From: an uncultured Planctomycetaceae bacterium | GTDB taxonomy: Bacteria; Planctomycetota; Phycisphaerae; SM23-33 | NCBI GenBank assembly: GCA_964388425.1 | Contig: CAYMAP010000001.1 | Span: 1-40,062 of the forward strand | DNA: 40,062 bases | Direction: 5' to 3' | Shown here: positions 39,537-40,062 of the stretch, in pieces | How positions within the stretch are numbered: position 1 is the stretch's first letter | Layout of the letters: every line of letters starts with the position of its first letter | Notes under the pieces: model-generated | Seen by the model: only the letters and a program-made list of their open reading frames with translations | Told to the model about the DNA's origin: nothing | Databases searched by the model: none | Translations under genes and position numbers: made by a program

Positions 39537-40062
39537 CCTTCCGTTCCCGGCATGTTCTCCACGTCCTGGCCTGCGGTTTCGCCCTGGGCCTGCCCTGGGC
39601 CTGCGACCGCACGCCGAACGCCGCCTCCACCGATCAATCCATCCCACCTCAACACGGAAACGAGAAGCACGTGACGGAAACCCACGACACCCCTCAAACG
39701 AACGACACCGACCTTCCCGTCATTCTCCTGGAAACCTCCCTGGGGACCCTTACAGTCGAACTGGCGGCTGACAAAGCCCCGGAAACGACCGCCAACTTCC
39801 TGCGCTACGTCGACGAGGGACTCTACGAGGGAACGATCTTCCACCGCGTGATCCCCGGCTTCATGATCCAGGGCGGCGGATTCACCCCGCAGATGGAGCA
39901 GAGACCCACCGGCCAGCCCATCCAGAACGAAGCCGCCAACGGCCTGCGAAACAAACGCGGTACACTCGCGATGGCGCGAACCTCCGACCCGCACTCAGCC
40001 ACCTCGCAATTCTTCATCAACCACAAGAACAACGATTTTCTTGACCACCGCGAACCCACCCC
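39533..40062 (+). CDS. Cyclophilin-type peptidyl-prolyl cis-trans isomerase with an N-terminal signal sequence, 3'-truncated by the window edge
   Basis: Absent from the ORF track because no stop falls inside the window. My own translation gives [24 protein letters not shown]...[55 protein letters not shown]...RGTLAMAR...SQFFIN. Confidence 0.88.
   Translation, partial: MTFRSRHVLHVLACGFALGLPWACDRTPNAASTDQSIPPQHGNEKHVTETHDTPQTNDTDLPVILLETSLGTLTVELAADKAPETTANFLRYVDEGLYEGTIFHRVIPGFMIQGGGFTPQMEQRPTGQPIQNEAANGLRNKRGTLAMARTSDPHSATSQFFINHKNNDFLDHREPT

Overview
The window is a visibly GC-rich bacterial chromosome segment with strong G/C at third codon positions. It is almost entirely the conserved transcription/translation 'superoperon'. 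Every confident gene is on the + strand except yajC.

Gene order:
- Left flank: fetA (3' end)-fetB, yajC (-), lipA, a LapG/BTLCP-like lipoprotein.
- tuf/secE/rpoBC block: tRNA-Thr, tuf, rpmG, tRNA-Trp, secE, nusG, rplK, rplA, rplJ, rplL, rpoB, rpoC.
- str block: rpsL, rpsG, fusA.
- S10/spc blocks: rpsJ, rplC, rplD, rplW, rplB, rpsS, rplV, rpsC, rplP, rpmC, rpsQ, rplN, rplX, rplE, rpsN (Zn type), rpsH, rplF, rplR, rpsE, rplO, secY, adk, map.
- alpha block and right flank: rpmJ, rpsM, rpsK, rpsD, rpoA, rplQ, a HIT hydrolase, and a cyclophilin PPIase cut by the window edge.

Several gene pairs overlap start and stop codons, consistent with translational coupling: ATGCTGA, ATGA, TAATG, and an 11-nt rpsE/rplO overlap.

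I see no transposase, integrase, CRISPR array, toxin-antitoxin or defence-type genes. This is an ordinary core-genome region, not an accessory island, and I could not find a convincing undescribed multi-gene system.

What is unusual is mostly non-coding or architectural:
1. Three families of REP-like hairpin repeats have colonised normally tight ribosomal-protein junctions.
2. The str operon is split by a 658-nt rpsG-fusA spacer holding a repeat cluster, a near-consensus promoter and an unclassified GC-rich leader of about 325 nt.
3. secY carries an in-frame, coding-looking N-terminal extension of about 128 codons with four hydrophobic segments.
4. AT-rich islands with a recurring AGCTnTCAGC / ATGAGCT motif sit at operon junctions.
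5. Many machinery proteins carry low-complexity acidic or Pro-rich tails.
6. rpmD and infA are missing from their canonical slots.

The repeat types and protein extensions suggest a Planctomycetota-like lineage. That is an inference I cannot verify here.
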